64,000 bases of DNA. Origin: an uncultured Pelagibacteraceae bacterium (lineage in GTDB: Bacteria > Pseudomonadota > Alphaproteobacteria > Pelagibacterales > Pelagibacteraceae). The notes under the pieces were generated by a model. The model saw only the letters and a program-made list of their open reading frames with translations. It was not told where the DNA came from and did not search any database. The stretch covers positions 1,909 through 65,908 of the forward strand of contig CACGOO010000002.1 in the NCBI GenBank assembly GCA_902574685.1. The letters are read 5' to 3'. Below, piece after piece: positions 1-9,047 of the stretch. The position numbers were made by a program, and so were the translations under genes. Every line of letters begins with the position of its first letter. The first letter of the stretch is position 1.

Positions 1-2
1 TT

Positions 3-1340
3 TACGCAAGTGGAAGATCTGGTTGGGCATCTAAAGAAATAGATGGCCCAAGAGAGAATTTAAATCCATTATTAGATTTAGTAATAGATCATGTTAAGCC
101 AGCAGAATTTGACAAGACCAAGCCTTTTGCAATGCTTTCAACTCTTTTATATGCAGATAGTTTTTTGGGTAGAAGTTTAGTTGGTAGAATTTCTCAAGGT
201 ACTGCAAAAGCAAACCAACAAATCAAAGCAATTAATCTTGATGGAGAAAAAGTTGATGAAGGAAGGTTGACTAAAATATTTAGATACGAGGGGACAAAAA
301 AAGTACCAATAGAAGTTGGCGAAGCTGGAGATATTGTAGTTATCGCTGGATTAGAAAAAGCAAATGTTGCTGATACCATATGCGATACTGAGGTAGATAC
401 ACCAATACAAGCAACCCCAATTGATCCACCAACGATGTCTATCAAAATAACAGTAAATAGTTCTCCATTAGCTGGCACTGAAGGTAAAAAACTTACAAGT
501 ACTCAAATTAGAGAGAGGTTAGTTCAAGAAGCTCAGAATAATGTCGGAATTTCTTTTTCAGAAAATGAAAACAAAGACTCATTTGAAATAAGTGGAAGAG
601 GCGAATTAATGTTAGAAATATTATTAACACAAATGAGACGTGAAGGATTTGAAATGACAGTAAGCCCTCCTAAAGTTTTATTTCAAAAGAATGATAATGG
701 TGAAAAATTAGAACCTATTGAAGAAATTACTATGGATCTTGACGAAGAGTTCTCTTCTAAAGTTATAGATTCCATGAATAAAAGAAAAGGAAAATTAATA
801 GATCTTAAAGATACTGGAAAAAATAAAAAACGATTAATCTTTCATGCACCAACTAGAGGTTTGATGGGGTACACCAGTAGATTTCTTACTCTAACTAAAG
901 GAACAGGAGTAATAAACAGAATATTCCATTCTTATGGAAAATTTGAGGGAGATATGGAAGGCAGAAGAAATGGTGCATTAATTTCTATGGAACAAGGAAA
1001 AGCAGTAGCATTTGCAATTTATAATCTACAGGCCAGAGGAGAAATGTTTGTTACTCATAACGATCCGGTTTATTCGGGTATGATTGTGGGATTGTCACCT
1101 AAACCTGGTGATATGATTATAAATGTCATGAAAGGTAAAAAACTTACAAATATGAGGACACAAGGAACAGACGAAAATGTTGTTTTAACTCCAGTTAGAA
1201 AGATGTCTATTGCTGAACAATTGAGCATGTTAAATTCTGATGAAGCATTAGAAATTACACCAAATTCATGCAGATTAAGAAAAGCTGTGCTTGATCCTCA
1301 CGAGAGAAAAAAGCTCTCTAAATTATCAGAAGCTTCTTAA
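3..1340 (+). CDS. typA: Translational GTPase TypA/BipA, 5' part outside the window
   Basis: Frame is open from base 3 (YASGRSGW...). Contains SGRGELMLEILLTQMRREGFE and the C-terminal KKLTNMR / LEITP motifs of BipA. Confidence 0.96.
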   Translation, partial: YASGRSGWASKEIDGPRENLNPLLDLVIDHVKPAEFDKTKPFAMLSTLLYADSFLGRSLVGRISQGTAKANQQIKAINLDGEKVDEGRLTKIFRYEGTKKVPIEVGEAGDIVVIAGLEKANVADTICDTEVDTPIQATPIDPPTMSIKITVNSSPLAGTEGKKLTSTQIRERLVQEAQNNVGISFSENENKDSFEISGRGELMLEILLTQMRREGFEMTVSPPKVLFQKNDNGEKLEPIEEITMDLDEEFSSKVIDSMNKRKGKLIDLKDTGKNKKRLIFHAPTRGLMGYTSRFLTLTKGTGVINRIFHSYGKFEGDMEGRRNGALISMEQGKAVAFAIYNLQARGEMFVTHNDPVYSGMIVGLSPKPGDMIINVMKGKKLTNMRTQGTDENVVLTPVRKMSIAEQLSMLNSDEALEITPNSCRLRKAVLDPHERKKLSKLSEAS

Positions 1341-1348
1341 AAAAATTA

Positions 1349-1804
1349 TTATTCAGATTTATTTTTGGTAAATGGCAGCCACTTTTCAAATGCTGATTTA
1401 GTAGGTCCGTCATATGGAATTGAGTAAGAGTTTGTTCTCGTCAATACTTCAATACCTTTAGAAAAAACAAAAATAAAAACTATAACAAAAACAATTGTCA
1501 TGATTTTAAATGGATCAAAATTTTTTGTTTTAAAAACACTAACAGCTTTTGCTTCAGCTCTATGAAATTGTTTAAACGTATAATAAACAGCAAATATTAA
1601 ACCTATATGAGCAACATATGTCCCTGCCCAACCAAATGCAAAAGTGGCATATGAAAATACGTATAAACTAAATACTGTTGTCCATATAAAACTTAAAACT
1701 AATAATATTTGTAGTCTCACAGTTTTGGGAAGTGCTCTTAAATCATTTTTACTATCGTCAAATAGTATATTCGCTGATTCTTTCATCCAATTTTTTATAG
1801 ACAT
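1349..1804 (-). CDS. Hypothetical membrane protein (about 3 TM helices)
   Basis: 151-aa ORF filling the gap between genes, with three hydrophobic stretches. No family recognised. Confidence 0.7.
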   Translation of the reverse strand: MSIKNWMKESANILFDDSKNDLRALPKTVRLQILLVLSFIWTTVFSLYVFSYATFAFGWAGTYVAHIGLIFAVYYTFKQFHRAEAKAVSVFKTKNFDPFKIMTIVFVIVFIFVFSKGIEVLTRTNSYSIPYDGPTKSAFEKWLPFTKNKSE

Positions 1805-1864
1805 GATTTATATTTACAATTTTTATTCAGTATTAACAATCGACTAATTGTCCACTAAAAACAT

Positions 1865-2512
1865 TTACTTCGTAACTTTATCCACAATATAAATTCCTAA
1901 AGCTACAGCAGGACCTATCCCAAATGCAAATATTATAGTGCCCAAACCAACAGTTCCTCCCAAATACCAACCAGATATAACAGCTGAAATTTCCAAAGTA
2001 GCTCGAATTAAAGCAATAGGAAGTTGAGTTTTTTTTGTTAGACCTGTCATCAATCCATCTCTAGGACCAGGGCCTAAATTTGCAATTAAGTATATCCCAC
2101 TTCCTAGACCGACAAGTAAAACAGAAAATACAGCAAGAATATATTTTGAAGAAATAGCTAAAGGAGGATCAAAAAGAAAAAGTGTCAAATCGATTATCGC
2201 TGCTATAATTAAAATATTTAGAATTGTACCTATTCCTGGTTTTTGTTTTAGTGGAAACCAAAACCCTAAAACAATAATACTTATTATGAATGTAGATAAT
2301 CCGATCGAAATATTTAATTTGTTTGATAAACCTTCTGCAAGAACAGACCATGGAGAATTACCAGTAGTAGAAACTAATAAGAGACCCTCTCCCAACCCAA
2401 ATAAAGATAAACCAACACATAAAAGTAAAAAAGTTCTAAATTTAGGTTTAAAATTTAAAGGTTTTTCTGAGCTCCAAGATTTTGAGGGTATATTTTTTAT
2501 GGTTAAAAACAT
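1865..2512 (-). CDS. YczE/YitT-family membrane protein
   Basis: GNSPWSVLAEGL, GIGTILN, LGPGPRDGLMTGL and GGTVGLGT motifs; multiple TM helices. Confidence 0.85.
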   Translation of the reverse strand: MFLTIKNIPSKSWSSEKPLNFKPKFRTFLLLCVGLSLFGLGEGLLLVSTTGNSPWSVLAEGLSNKLNISIGLSTFIISIIVLGFWFPLKQKPGIGTILNILIIAAIIDLTLFLFDPPLAISSKYILAVFSVLLVGLGSGIYLIANLGPGPRDGLMTGLTKKTQLPIALIRATLEISAVISGWYLGGTVGLGTIIFAFGIGPAVALGIYIVDKVTK

Positions 2513-2591
2513 AATTCTTTAGACTATTTATCTTTTAAACGTAAAAATTCTATATAAAGTTCAAACAAGTTAATTAAAATAACGTGAAGTA

Positions 2592-3269
2592 ATGAGAAAA
2601 TTCTTAGTAATATTGTTAGTTTTATCTCCTCTTTTTTTGCAAGCACATACTGATCACTATAAAAATTATTCAAATATAGAAATGGAGATATTTAAAGATG
2701 ATGAAAAAATTGGAGAAAGTATTTTCACATTTAAAAAAGAAGAAAATAAATTTATTGTAAAAAATACAACTAATTTTGAAGTGAAATTATTGGGTGTTAC
2801 AGTATTCTCTATAAATAGTAGAGGTACTGAAGAATATATTGGAGACCAATTAATTTCATTTAACTCAGAAACATTTCAAAACAATAAGAGAAAATATGTA
2901 AATTTAATTTTTGATGAAAAAAAAGAGAAGTTTATAATTGATGGATCATCATATAAGGGTGAGGCGGATAGAGAAAATATAATCGGTCATTGGTGGAATC
3001 ATAGAATTTTACAAACTGAGACACAAATAAGTCCATTATCTGGAAGTGTAAAAAAACAAAACATAGAATTTTTAGGAAAAGAAAAAATTAAACTTTATAA
3101 TAAAGAATATGATGTAGAACATTTTAGACTTTTTTCTACCAACTCAAATCTACCTGATGATAAAAAATTAAATTTTGAAATATGGTACGATAAAAAAAAA
3201 GCATTGATTATAAAAGTGGCTTATAAGAGAATGGGTCTATGGGAATATAGACTAAAAAAAATTCAATAA
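2592..3269 (+). CDS. Exported beta-rich protein, DUF6134-like
   Basis: N-terminal signal peptide; alternating beta-strand pattern; HWWN and IWYD segments. Confidence 0.6.
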   Translation: MRKFLVILLVLSPLFLQAHTDHYKNYSNIEMEIFKDDEKIGESIFTFKKEENKFIVKNTTNFEVKLLGVTVFSINSRGTEEYIGDQLISFNSETFQNNKRKYVNLIFDEKKEKFIIDGSSYKGEADRENIIGHWWNHRILQTETQISPLSGSVKKQNIEFLGKEKIKLYNKEYDVEHFRLFSTNSNLPDDKKLNFEIWYDKKKALIIKVAYKRMGLWEYRLKKIQ

Positions 3270-4586
3270 TTATTTTCCTGCTACTGTCATTTGATTAATC
3301 AACAAAGTAGGAGCATTTGTTGAGTACTTCATCTCTAAATCATTTGCCAAAGTAATATTCTTAAACATTTCCTTAAAATTCCCAGCTATAGTTATTTCAC
3401 TTACTGGGTAAGTCAATTCTCCATCCTCAACCATAAATCCCGAAGCTCCAACTGAGTAATCTCCAGTAATGATATTTCCTCCATGGCCTATAGTCTCTGT
3501 TATGTATAAAAATTTTTTTTCTGAATTTAACAAATCCTTAAAACTTAAGGTACCGTTTTCAAAGTATAAGTTTGTTGTTCCTCCAGATCTACCATTAGAT
3601 TTTAAATTTAATTTTTTACCATAATAAGTATCAATTAAATAATTTTTTAAAATACCATTCTCAACTAGTTTCAAAGAATTGGTTTCAACACCTTCGCTAT
3701 CAAAGTTTTGGGAGCCTAATCCTTTTTCAATTTTTGGATCATCGATGATATTAATTGAATTTGGAAAAACTTCAGAATTGATTTGATCTTTTAAAAAAGA
3801 AGTTCCTCTTGCAATAGCACTCGCACTAATTGCACTTGCTAGTGTGCTTAATATTCCTTTGGAAATTCTTTTATCGAATATAACGCCAATTTTTTCACTT
3901 TTAATTTTTTTTGGTCCTAACTTTTTTATTGCTTTGTCGGCAGCTATTTTTCCAATTTCTTCTGGTTCCATCATATCTTCCAAGAATCTTGTGCTACCAA
4001 ACTCATAATCTCTTTCCATTGCACCATTAATTCTTGATACAGCTACGCATGAAGATGAAAAATATGAGGTTTTGTATCCACCTAAAAAACCATTACTGTT
4101 TGCGAGTATAAAATTATTTTTATTTTCGGTAAAACCAGCTTCAGTATTAACTATTTTTTCGTCCGTTGATGCTGTTTCTTCAACATTTTTTAAAAATTCA
4201 ATCTTTTTATCATTTGGATAATGCGTTTCATCATAGAGATTAAGGTCTCTTATCTCTTTAGACATTAAATCTTTATCTGGTAACGAATTATTTTCATCTG
4301 ATGGAGTAATTTTTGTAGCATCAATACAACGTTCTATTAGTTTTTCTAAGTTTGATTTAGATAAATCTGATGAATTAATGCTTGATTTTTTTTTCTCTAT
4401 ATAAGTAGTTAAATTGACAGCAAAACTATCTGCTCTATTTGACTCGTCTAATTTTTTATTTCTAAAACTAACATTTTCTGAAACAGAGTGAATTACTTTT
4501 ACACCCACATCCGTAGCTCCTAGTTTTTTAGAGTTTTCAATACAATAAGACGCTATATCTCTTAAAAATTCCTGATCCCTTATCAT
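3270..4586 (-). CDS. pmbA: TldE/PmbA metalloprotease partner subunit
   Basis: FDSEG, ITGDYSVGASGF and PVSEITIAGN motifs; directly downstream of tldD. Confidence 0.92.
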   Translation of the reverse strand: MIRDQEFLRDIASYCIENSKKLGATDVGVKVIHSVSENVSFRNKKLDESNRADSFAVNLTTYIEKKKSSINSSDLSKSNLEKLIERCIDATKITPSDENNSLPDKDLMSKEIRDLNLYDETHYPNDKKIEFLKNVEETASTDEKIVNTEAGFTENKNNFILANSNGFLGGYKTSYFSSSCVAVSRINGAMERDYEFGSTRFLEDMMEPEEIGKIAADKAIKKLGPKKIKSEKIGVIFDKRISKGILSTLASAISASAIARGTSFLKDQINSEVFPNSINIIDDPKIEKGLGSQNFDSEGVETNSLKLVENGILKNYLIDTYYGKKLNLKSNGRSGGTTNLYFENGTLSFKDLLNSEKKFLYITETIGHGGNIITGDYSVGASGFMVEDGELTYPVSEITIAGNFKEMFKNITLANDLEMKYSTNAPTLLINQMTVAGK

Positions 4587-4591
4587 TTAGA

Positions 4592-6004
4592 TTAAAGTTT
4601 TGTTCCACCAACAGTCATCTTATTTATAAGAATTGATGGCTGAGCTACTCCTACTGGAACACCCTGTCCAGCTTTCCCACATGTTCCAATACCTGGATCT
4701 AATTTCATATCATTACCCACTAATGAAACTTCTTTTAAAATTGATGGTCCATCTCCAATTAATGTAGCACCTTTGATTGGTGATCCAATTTTACCATTAT
4801 TAATTTCGTATGCTTCTGTGCAGTTAAAGACAAATTTTCCTGAAGTTATGTCTACTTGCCCTCCTCCGAAACTTACAGCAAAAATACCTTTGTCAACTGA
4901 ACTTATCATTTCATCTTGTGAATATTTACCTGACAGCATCATTGTGTTTCTCATTCTTGGTAAAACCACATGTTTATAACTTTCTCTTCTTCCACTACCT
5001 GTTGACTTAGTTCCCATCAAACGAGCGTTTAAACGGTCTTGCATATAGTTTTTTAAAATTCCATTTTCAATTAAAACTGTATTTTCAGTAGGCGTTCCTT
5101 CATCATCTATCGTTAAACTTCCTCTTCTTTGATGTAAGGTGCCGTCATCTACAATCGTAACTCCTTCACTGGCTACTTGCTGCCCCATTAAATTATGAAA
5201 AGCTGAAGTTTTTTTTCTATTGAAATCTCCCTCAAGACCATGGCCGATTGCTTCGTGAATTAAAATAGCCGGCCATCCAGGACCTAAAACAACTTTCATT
5301 TCTCCTGCTGGCGCTGGTTTGCTTTCTAAATTCACATTTGCGATTCTAAAAGCTTCATCACAAACATCTTTCCAGCTTCCATCTTTTAGATAATCATCAT
5401 AACTTTGTCTTCCTCCAACTCCATAAACACCTGTCTCTTTTTTTCCATTTTTTTCTAGTACGACAGAAACGTTGAATCTGACTAATGGTCTATCATCTTT
5501 CAAGACTTGATTATCAGACCTAATAATTTCTATTGATTTATGTTCACCTAAAAAATTTGCAGTTACTTGATTTACAATTGAGCCTTTTGATCTTAAATAG
5601 TTATTAACACTGTTCAGCAAATCTATCTTTGAGTCGAAAGTCTTGCTTTCAATAGGATTAATATTTTCGTAATATTTGTTGTTAGTTTTAGGAATTTCAT
5701 GATTATAGGTCCCTTTTTTTGACTTTAATGTATCTTTTAAATTATCGCTTGATTTTCTTAATGACTCCTTTGAAATATCATTAGAATGAGAGTAGGCAAC
5801 AACCTCTCCTGTCACAGCTCTGAAACCATATCCTTGATCAGAATTATAAGTTGAACTCTTTATTTTATTATCGTCTAAAATAATAGACTCAGATTTATGA
5901 TTTTCTAAATATAATTCTCCGTCATCACAATTTTTTAAGGTTTCAGTAACAATTGCTTCAGCTTGCGATGTATCTATATCTGTTTCTTTGAAGAAATTTG
6001 ACAT
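4592..6004 (-). CDS. tldD: TldD metalloprotease
   Basis: HEAIGHGLEGDFNRK metal motif, PRMRNT, and GTCGKAGQGVPVG. Confidence 0.96.
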   Translation of the reverse strand: MSNFFKETDIDTSQAEAIVTETLKNCDDGELYLENHKSESIILDDNKIKSSTYNSDQGYGFRAVTGEVVAYSHSNDISKESLRKSSDNLKDTLKSKKGTYNHEIPKTNNKYYENINPIESKTFDSKIDLLNSVNNYLRSKGSIVNQVTANFLGEHKSIEIIRSDNQVLKDDRPLVRFNVSVVLEKNGKKETGVYGVGGRQSYDDYLKDGSWKDVCDEAFRIANVNLESKPAPAGEMKVVLGPGWPAILIHEAIGHGLEGDFNRKKTSAFHNLMGQQVASEGVTIVDDGTLHQRRGSLTIDDEGTPTENTVLIENGILKNYMQDRLNARLMGTKSTGSGRRESYKHVVLPRMRNTMMLSGKYSQDEMISSVDKGIFAVSFGGGQVDITSGKFVFNCTEAYEINNGKIGSPIKGATLIGDGPSILKEVSLVGNDMKLDPGIGTCGKAGQGVPVGVAQPSILINKMTVGGTKL

Positions 6005-6010
6005 TTTAAG

Positions 6011-6038
6011 AATGTAGTAGTGATTAATAATATATCAA
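6011..6038 (-). promoter_or_regulatory. Putative sigma70 promoter of tldD (probably leaderless)
   Basis: Minus strand reads TTGATA-N16-TACATT-N6-ATG; no Shine-Dalgarno. Confidence 0.45.
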
Positions 6039-6089
6039 CTGCTTATTTGGCACATTTGTAAAAATAAAATATTCAAATATAGTTTAATT

Positions 6090-6434
6090 ATGAAGGTTTT
6101 TTTTAACAATTCATGCAAAATCTGCAGAGCAGAAATTAATATTTATAAGAAAGAAAACATAGAAAATTTGAATTGGATAGACATAACTAAAAATAAAAAT
6201 GCTGAATTAGAAACAAAAAAAACTGATAAAGAGCTTCTAAGAAGACTTCATGTAGAACAAGATGGAAAAATCTATGTAGGTATTGATGCTTTTTTACTTA
6301 TTTGGAAAAGTATTCCAAAATACAAGTTTCTTTATAAATTTTTTAAACTCCCGGTCATTTACCAATTATTTTATGTCGGATATGAAATTGTAGCGTTTTT
6401 TTTGTATTTAAAAAATAGACACCAATTAAACTAA
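6090..6434 (+). CDS. DCC1/DUF393-like thiol-disulfide oxidoreductase
   Basis: N-terminal FFNNSCKIC (CxxC) and RLHV..DGKIYVGIDAF..IW pattern. Confidence 0.85.
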   Translation: MKVFFNNSCKICRAEINIYKKENIENLNWIDITKNKNAELETKKTDKELLRRLHVEQDGKIYVGIDAFLLIWKSIPKYKFLYKFFKLPVIYQLFYVGYEIVAFFLYLKNRHQLN

Positions 6435-6724
6435 TGTTGAATAGCGTATAAAATCTGGGTTACAAAAGATAAAAATATAAAAAAAGAGAAAAATAAAATA
6501 AAATACATAACTGTAACCACTCTATTCCTCTTTCTTCTTAAAATAACAAATTTTTTATCATCGAGAAAAGAAATATCTCTATCACCTGGCACTGGATAAT
6601 CATAACTCCATCTCCATAAAGACGAACCAAATCTTTTATCTAGTTTATTGTAATAATTTACCCAAGCCAAAGACCACATAAACATTAAAAATAAAAATGT
6701 TAAAACTAAAAAAGTTGAGAACAT
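6431..6724 (-). CDS. Small hypothetical membrane protein (2 TM)
   Basis: 97-aa ORF with hydrophobic N- and C-terminal helices; 4-nt convergent overlap with the neighbour. Confidence 0.65.
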   Translation of the reverse strand: MFSTFLVLTFLFLMFMWSLAWVNYYNKLDKRFGSSLWRWSYDYPVPGDRDISFLDDKKFVILRRKRNRVVTVMYFILFFSFFIFLSFVTQILYAIQH

Positions 6725-6756
6725 AAATATATTAAATTATATTAAATTTTTTTTAT

Positions 6757-7476
6757 ATGTCTATCTGGGGAAGTTTAATTGGTGGGATGATCGGTTTTTC
6801 TTTAGGAGGGCCGTTTGGAATGCTATTAGGTTCCTTAATTGGTGGAAAAGTATCAAGATCAAGATCATCATTTAAATCTTTTGCACAACCTCAACAAGTT
6901 TTTGCATTAGCTCTTATAGTTTTATCAGCGAAACTGAGTAAAGCAGACGGTCAGGTTAGTAGAGAGGAACTAATAGCAGTAAAAGATAAACTCAAAATTC
7001 CAGAACATGAATTAGATCAAGTTGGAAAAATTTTTAATAAAGCTAAAGAAGAAAGCACTGGTTACGAGCCATATGCAAAACAAATAGCTCAGATTTATCA
7101 AGGAAATATAAATGTATTGGAAGAAGTCATAAATATATTATTTTATATTGCAGAAGCTGATGGAAATATAAGTGATCAAGAATTTAGAATGATACAACAT
7201 GTTTCTCAATTATTTGGTCTTAGTAATGCCCAGTTCAATGGAATAGTTGAGGGTAGAAAATCATCAGATAAACTCAATCCATATGTGGTATTAGAGAGCA
7301 AACCTGATGATAATCTTACAGATATTAGAAAAAGATATTTAAAATTAAGCAAAGAACATCATCCTGACTTACTTCTAAGTAAAGGAGTTCCTCAGGAAGT
7401 TATTGAGGAAAGTAAAAAGAAAATGAGAGCTATTAATTCAGCCTGGGATCAAATCCAAAAGCTAAAGAGTAATTAA
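6757..7476 (+). CDS. djlA: Co-chaperone DjlA (TM, TerB-like domain, J domain)
   Basis: Gly-rich TM N-terminus, [14 protein letters not shown], and a C-terminal J domain with HPD. Confidence 0.92.
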   Translation: MSIWGSLIGGMIGFSLGGPFGMLLGSLIGGKVSRSRSSFKSFAQPQQVFALALIVLSAKLSKADGQVSREELIAVKDKLKIPEHELDQVGKIFNKAKEESTGYEPYAKQIAQIYQGNINVLEEVINILFYIAEADGNISDQEFRMIQHVSQLFGLSNAQFNGIVEGRKSSDKLNPYVVLESKPDDNLTDIRKRYLKLSKEHHPDLLLSKGVPQEVIEESKKKMRAINSAWDQIQKLKSN

Positions 7477-8747
7477 AATTGCTCAGATTCTGTTGATCCT
7501 TCCATTGCTGTTGTGGAGCTCTTTCCAGAACTTATTGTATTGGAAACTGCATCAAAATAAGAAGTGCCAACTTCTCGTTGATGTTTAACACTGGTATATC
7601 CGTCTTTTTCTCTAGCAAATTCATTTTGTTGTATTCTAGAGTAAGCAGTCATACCTTCCTTTTTATACTTTTCTGCAAGCTCGAAAATAGCAATATTTTG
7701 CGTATGGAAACCTGCTAAAGTTATAAATTGAAATTTATATCCCATCATTCCAATTTTAGTTTGAAATGTTGCAATCTCATCATCAGATAAATGTTTCTTC
7801 CAATTAAATGATGGAGAGCAATTATAAGCCAACATCTTTCCAGGAAATTTTGCATGTATTGCATCTGCAAACTTTTTTGCTTCTTCTAAATTAGGTGTTG
7901 CAGTTTCACACCATATTAAATCCGCATAAGGTGCATAAGCTAACCCCCTTGAGATTGCTTGATCAATACCATCTTTTACATAATAAAAGCCTTCAGGTGA
8001 TCTTTCTCCTGTTAAAAACGGTTTGTCATTTTCATCAAAATCGTTTGTTATTAGTTTCGCAGCGTTGGCATCTGTTCTTGCAAGAATAATGAGAGGAACG
8101 TCGGCAATATCAGCTGCCAATCTTGCTGCTTTTAGATTTCGGACCATGGTTCCAGTAGGAACAAGTACCTTACCACCCATATGTCCACATTTTTTTTCAC
8201 TAGCTAGTTGGTCTTCAAAATGAACTCCGGCTGCGCCAGCTTTTATAAATTTTTTTGTTAGCTCAAATACATTTAACGGCCCACCAAATCCTGCTTCGCC
8301 ATCTGCAATAATTGGCAACATGTAATCAGTTTTTTCGCTGCTTTTCATATCTCCATCTGCAATTTCCATATGTTGAATTTGATCTGCTCTAATTAAGGAA
8401 TTATTCATAGACTCAACTAATTTAGGCGCGCTATCATAAGGATATAGAGATTGATCAGGGTACATTTCACCAGCACTATTTGCATCTGCTGCAACTTGCC
8501 AACCACTTAAATAGATCGCTTTTAAACCTGCTTTTGCATGTTGAACAGCTTGGTTTCCAGACAAAGACCCAAGTGTGTTTACATATGGCTCTGTATTCAA
8601 CAATCTCCAGAGTTTTTGAGATTGCTGTTTACACATTGAATACTCAATTCTAATAGATCCTCTTAGCCTTTCTACTTCATCTGGCTTATAATCCCTTTGT
8701 ATTCCTGCAAATCTTTTCAACTCGTACGAGATTTTCTCGGCTGACAT
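7473..8747 (-). CDS. aceA: Isocitrate lyase
   Basis: KKCGHMGGK catalytic motif, [10 protein letters not shown] and YNCSPSFNW; SD AGGGGG upstream. Confidence 0.98.
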   Translation of the reverse strand: MSAEKISYELKRFAGIQRDYKPDEVERLRGSIRIEYSMCKQQSQKLWRLLNTEPYVNTLGSLSGNQAVQHAKAGLKAIYLSGWQVAADANSAGEMYPDQSLYPYDSAPKLVESMNNSLIRADQIQHMEIADGDMKSSEKTDYMLPIIADGEAGFGGPLNVFELTKKFIKAGAAGVHFEDQLASEKKCGHMGGKVLVPTGTMVRNLKAARLAADIADVPLIILARTDANAAKLITNDFDENDKPFLTGERSPEGFYYVKDGIDQAISRGLAYAPYADLIWCETATPNLEEAKKFADAIHAKFPGKMLAYNCSPSFNWKKHLSDDEIATFQTKIGMMGYKFQFITLAGFHTQNIAIFELAEKYKKEGMTAYSRIQQNEFAREKDGYTSVKHQREVGTSYFDAVSNTISSGKSSTTAMEGSTESEQF

Positions 8748-8776
8748 TATTCCCCCTTTAAAAAAACTAATTCTTT

Positions 8777-8938
8777 TTACTTTTCGTTATATTCTTCTGT
8801 AAACTCATTCATTCCACTTGATCCCCAATCGCAGTGGTCATCTCTTAAATAAACCCCTCTGCTTCTATGCTCTTGGTGCTCTTGGTGATTTGTAGTTTGA
8901 GAACTAGTTTCAATGTTTTTTATAGTATTTTTGTCCAT
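8777..8938 (-). CDS. Small ORF (53 aa) in the leader of aceA, function unknown
   Basis: ATG at 8938 (the ORF track extends it to 8974). Visibly higher GC than flanking spacers; in-frame 9-bp duplication; stop codon 29 nt before the aceA start. Confidence 0.55.
   Translation of the reverse strand: MDKNTIKNIETSSQTTNHQEHQEHRSRGVYLRDDHCDWGSSGMNEFTEEYNEK
8868..8887. repeat. 9-bp tandem repeat TGCTCTTGG x2.2 (encodes HQEHQEH on the minus strand)
   Basis: Read directly: TGCTCTTGG TGCTCTTGG TG. Confidence 0.85.
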
Positions 8939-9039
8939 GTAAACTTTATAATTTACAATATTTACAAAATCCATTAAAAATGTTAAAATTCTAGTAAATA
9001 CAATAAATTTTTTGTAAATAATAATTTACAAAGTTTACA
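8938..9039. promoter_or_regulatory. Putative operator array for the adjacent RamB/ScfR regulator
   Basis: TGTAAA-N8-TTTACA-N3-TTTACA (8938-8966) and TGTAAA-N6-TTTACA-N3-TTTACA (9013-9039); perfect 9-bp inverted repeat at 9011-9032. Confidence 0.65.
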
Positions 9040-9047
9040 AATAGTAA

